Shown here piece by piece: positions 61,891 to 64,000 of a stretch of DNA of 64,000 bases. Where the stretch lies: assembly GCA_047495785.1 (NCBI GenBank), contig JBLDXI010000015.1:2356001-2420000 (forward strand). Direction: 5' to 3'. Each line of letters begins with the position of its first letter. Position 1 is the stretch's first letter. Made by a program: the position numbers and the translations under genes. The stretch comes from Lepidodermella squamata. Its lineage: Eukaryota; Animalia; Gastrotricha. The notes beneath the pieces are model-generated. The model worked only from the letters and a program-made list of their open reading frames with translations, ran no database searches and was not told the DNA's origin.

Positions 61891-64000
61891 ATGCTGGTCT
61901 TTTTAACCTGTTTCTCTTTGTTACAGTTAGCCATCGCGATCGAACCTATCCCGCTAACTATCCTTGTAATTCACCCATTTACCGATAACCCGCCAAGAAA
62001 TGGCCGCTTTTGCAACGTAACAATGCAAATTGTTGTCGATGCTGTCAACAAAAGGCCGGATTTGCTGCCAGGCTATCGCATTAGTCTCGAACTTATGGAC
62101 GAAGGAGGTTCGGGGGACTTTGGTCCAGTTAGATTCATGAACGGCATGCGCCGTTTTGAAGCAGATCCTCGTAATTTGGTTTCCCCAGTGGTTGTTGGTC
62201 CGTTCTTCGGAGCTGGCTGCCTGAAATTATCCAGAATGCTAACACAGCACAACATGATTCATGTTCCTCATTCTTGCTCTGAGCCAGCCATGACCGGCAA
62301 CAGGCGTCAGTTTCCGAACATTTTCAGGACCTTTATCCCTACGGAGATGATATCAGTAGCTAGGATCAAATTCATTCGCGAAGTTGCGAAATGGTCGAAG
62401 GTCGCGGTTCTTGCTTCGAGCGCCTCTTTCGACGCTACGATATCCATCGACTTCTATCGGAAGGCTTCCAAGGCTGGGATGAAAGTAGTCTGGCTAGATT
62501 TCGTCGATCCCAACATCTACCCGATCGGTGAATCCTTCACTGCCGCGTTGAAGAAAAGTGGCGCTAGGGTCATTGTTATTGGAAGTAACGGCGCATTTGC
62601 AGCGTACAGATTTCTATGCAGCCTTTACGAGTTAGGGATTAGGGGACAAAATTACGCATTTGTGATGACGAGCCCAACAATTATGCGATTTACCCCGCAA
62701 TCGATCCCGGCAGGGTGTACCATGAAAGCCCTCCTAGAACAAGTTAGATTAGCAATTTGGGCCGGTTACTCACAAGAATCATCTGGCTACTATGGTAAAT
62801 CAACGGGGATAGGAATTGATTTGCCGGAATTCGAGAGATTGTTGGACCAAAGAACGAATGGTTCCAGGTTATCAGATTACGAGAGTCGTCATAGATACTA
62901 CGATCAAATACTCCAGGCAGTACTAATTCTTAATGGGACTAATGAGTATCTACAGAGTATTGGGAAGTCCTTTCACGACTTTTCCAGATCACCGACAGAG
63001 ATTGAAGAAGTTACCAAATCTGTAGCCACGAATCTCAGTTTCGTCGGGCTGAGGGCAGGTTTCACAAAATACTCTTCGCGTATTGAGCTCGATTATGAGA
63101 CCCAATGGATATATCAATACGTTAATGATTCATTCAAAGCAATAGCTAAAACAGTTTACAGCGGTAACGGAGATCCGAATGACTACTTGAATCATGGGAT
63201 ATCGTTCGTTTCTGAGGTCACTTGGCCAGGTGAACTTGGGATCCCACCTCGAGATGCTCCGCGGTTCATTGAAGAAGTTACAGAAGTTCCATGGGCGTTG
63301 CCTTTAATTGTAACCATTGCAACGGTGGTTTCGATCGCGCAAATAGTTCTCTGGTGTTCAGCTTATCTACTTCCAGGGAACGAAGGAATACGAGCTAATT
63401 TAAGATTTGACACCACGAAGTTCCAGACAAGCAAACTCGTCTTTCTCGTTGCGCTAATTTCCTTCAACATAGCCGCTGTTCTTTTCTCAGCAACAGGAAC
63501 TATCCTTTCCCCATCATTATGTATAGCCCAGAGGGTTCTGTTAACTTTTGGACTTTCACTTACAACTGGAGTTATTTTTGCTTTCGTCAGCTATTTCCGA
63601 AAAGAGTGTATGAGGCTGCATGCACGTAAAAGTAGTAGCAGAATCCGCAACGTTCAAGGAAGCACAACTTTCACGAATGAAAATCGGCGAACTGAAAATA
63701 GCGATAGAAACGCTGTAACCCCGGTAGCAATGTTTCCTGGCAGAAAACCTCGCTTGACCAATGGCGAATCCCTACTGAAAGATCAGAGTTACATTCTGAG
63801 AAGATCAGTTGGATTCTGTGCTGCAAATGGTGTCATATTGCTGGGAGTAATGGCGTCGGACAGCTATTCAGTTTCTGATGTAAACGCTGACAAAGATCCA
63901 TATTACGACGCGGCGACAGATACATACACAACGGTTTTGATAAAGGCATGCAAGTCAGCTAATTCGAATGAAATCTACTGGGTTGCAACTATCGCGGCTG
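61891..64000 (+). CDS. Intronless class C GPCR, GABA-B-like, 3'-truncated by the window end (absent from the ORF track)
   Basis: MLVFLTCFSLLQLAIA signal peptide, NKRPDLLPGYRISLEL, RRQFPNIFRT, AKWSKVAVL; closest to 20653-22935. Confidence 0.88.
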   Translation, partial: MLVFLTCFSLLQLAIAIEPIPLTILVIHPFTDNPPRNGRFCNVTMQIVVDAVNKRPDLLPGYRISLELMDEGGSGDFGPVRFMNGMRRFEADPRNLVSPVVVGPFFGAGCLKLSRMLTQHNMIHVPHSCSEPAMTGNRRQFPNIFRTFIPTEMISVARIKFIREVAKWSKVAVLASSASFDATISIDFYRKASKAGMKVVWLDFVDPNIYPIGESFTAALKKSGARVIVIGSNGAFAAYRFLCSLYELGIRGQNYAFVMTSPTIMRFTPQSIPAGCTMKALLEQVRLAIWAGYSQESSGYYGKSTGIGIDLPEFERLLDQRTNGSRLSDYESRHRYYDQILQAVLILNGTNEYLQSIGKSFHDFSRSPTEIEEVTKSVATNLSFVGLRAGFTKYSSRIELDYETQWIYQYVNDSFKAIAKTVYSGNGDPNDYLNHGISFVSEVTWPGELGIPPRDAPRFIEEVTEVPWALPLIVTIATVVSIAQIVLWCSAYLLPGNEGIRANLRFDTTKFQTSKLVFLVALISFNIAAVLFSATGTILSPSLCIAQRVLLTFGLSLTTGVIFAFVSYFRKECMRLHARKSSSRIRNVQGSTTFTNENRRTENSDRNAVTPVAMFPGRKPRLTNGESLLKDQSYILRRSVGFCAANGVILLGVMASDSYSVSDVNADKDPYYDAATDTYTTVLIKACKSANSNEIYWVATIAA

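Overview
Compact-intron (mostly 50-65 nt) invertebrate animal genomic DNA, organism not identifiable from this sequence alone. It is a receptor-rich, repeat-rich locus. 1-20.6 kb: three segmentally duplicated units, each built around a 4-exon GABA-B-like class C GPCR, interleaved with three copies of a tRNA gene cassette (Met-Glu-Val-Ala-Ser[opposite strand]-Arg-Thr-Met; one truncated, one inverted). An intact histamine-H2-like aminergic GPCR, its decayed duplicate, other pseudogenes, a tRNA-headed SINE and MITEs lie in the same block. 20.6-28.4 kb: an intronless class C GPCR, an atypical class A peptide-type GPCR and an anion-selective Cys-loop channel subunit. 28.4-47.7 kb: a TE-dense block of MITEs with a small coiled-coil gene and an apparently intact autonomous Helitron (13-exon RepHel, canonical hairpin+CTAG 3' end). 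The Helitron carries an uncharacterised spliced cargo gene and has a strongly structured ~270-nt element near its 5' end. 47.7-64 kb: a second, convergent Cys-loop channel paralogue, tRNA-Gln, three tandem coiled-coil genes, a foldback element, an inverted pair of TATA-driven micro-ORFs and a fifth class C GPCR running off the window end. Best leads: the Helitron RepHel+cargo unit, the GPCR-tRNA cassette amplification, the His-substituted loop-C channels and the convergent micro-gene pair. Exon structures were inferred by eye from GT-AG sites and reading-frame continuity.
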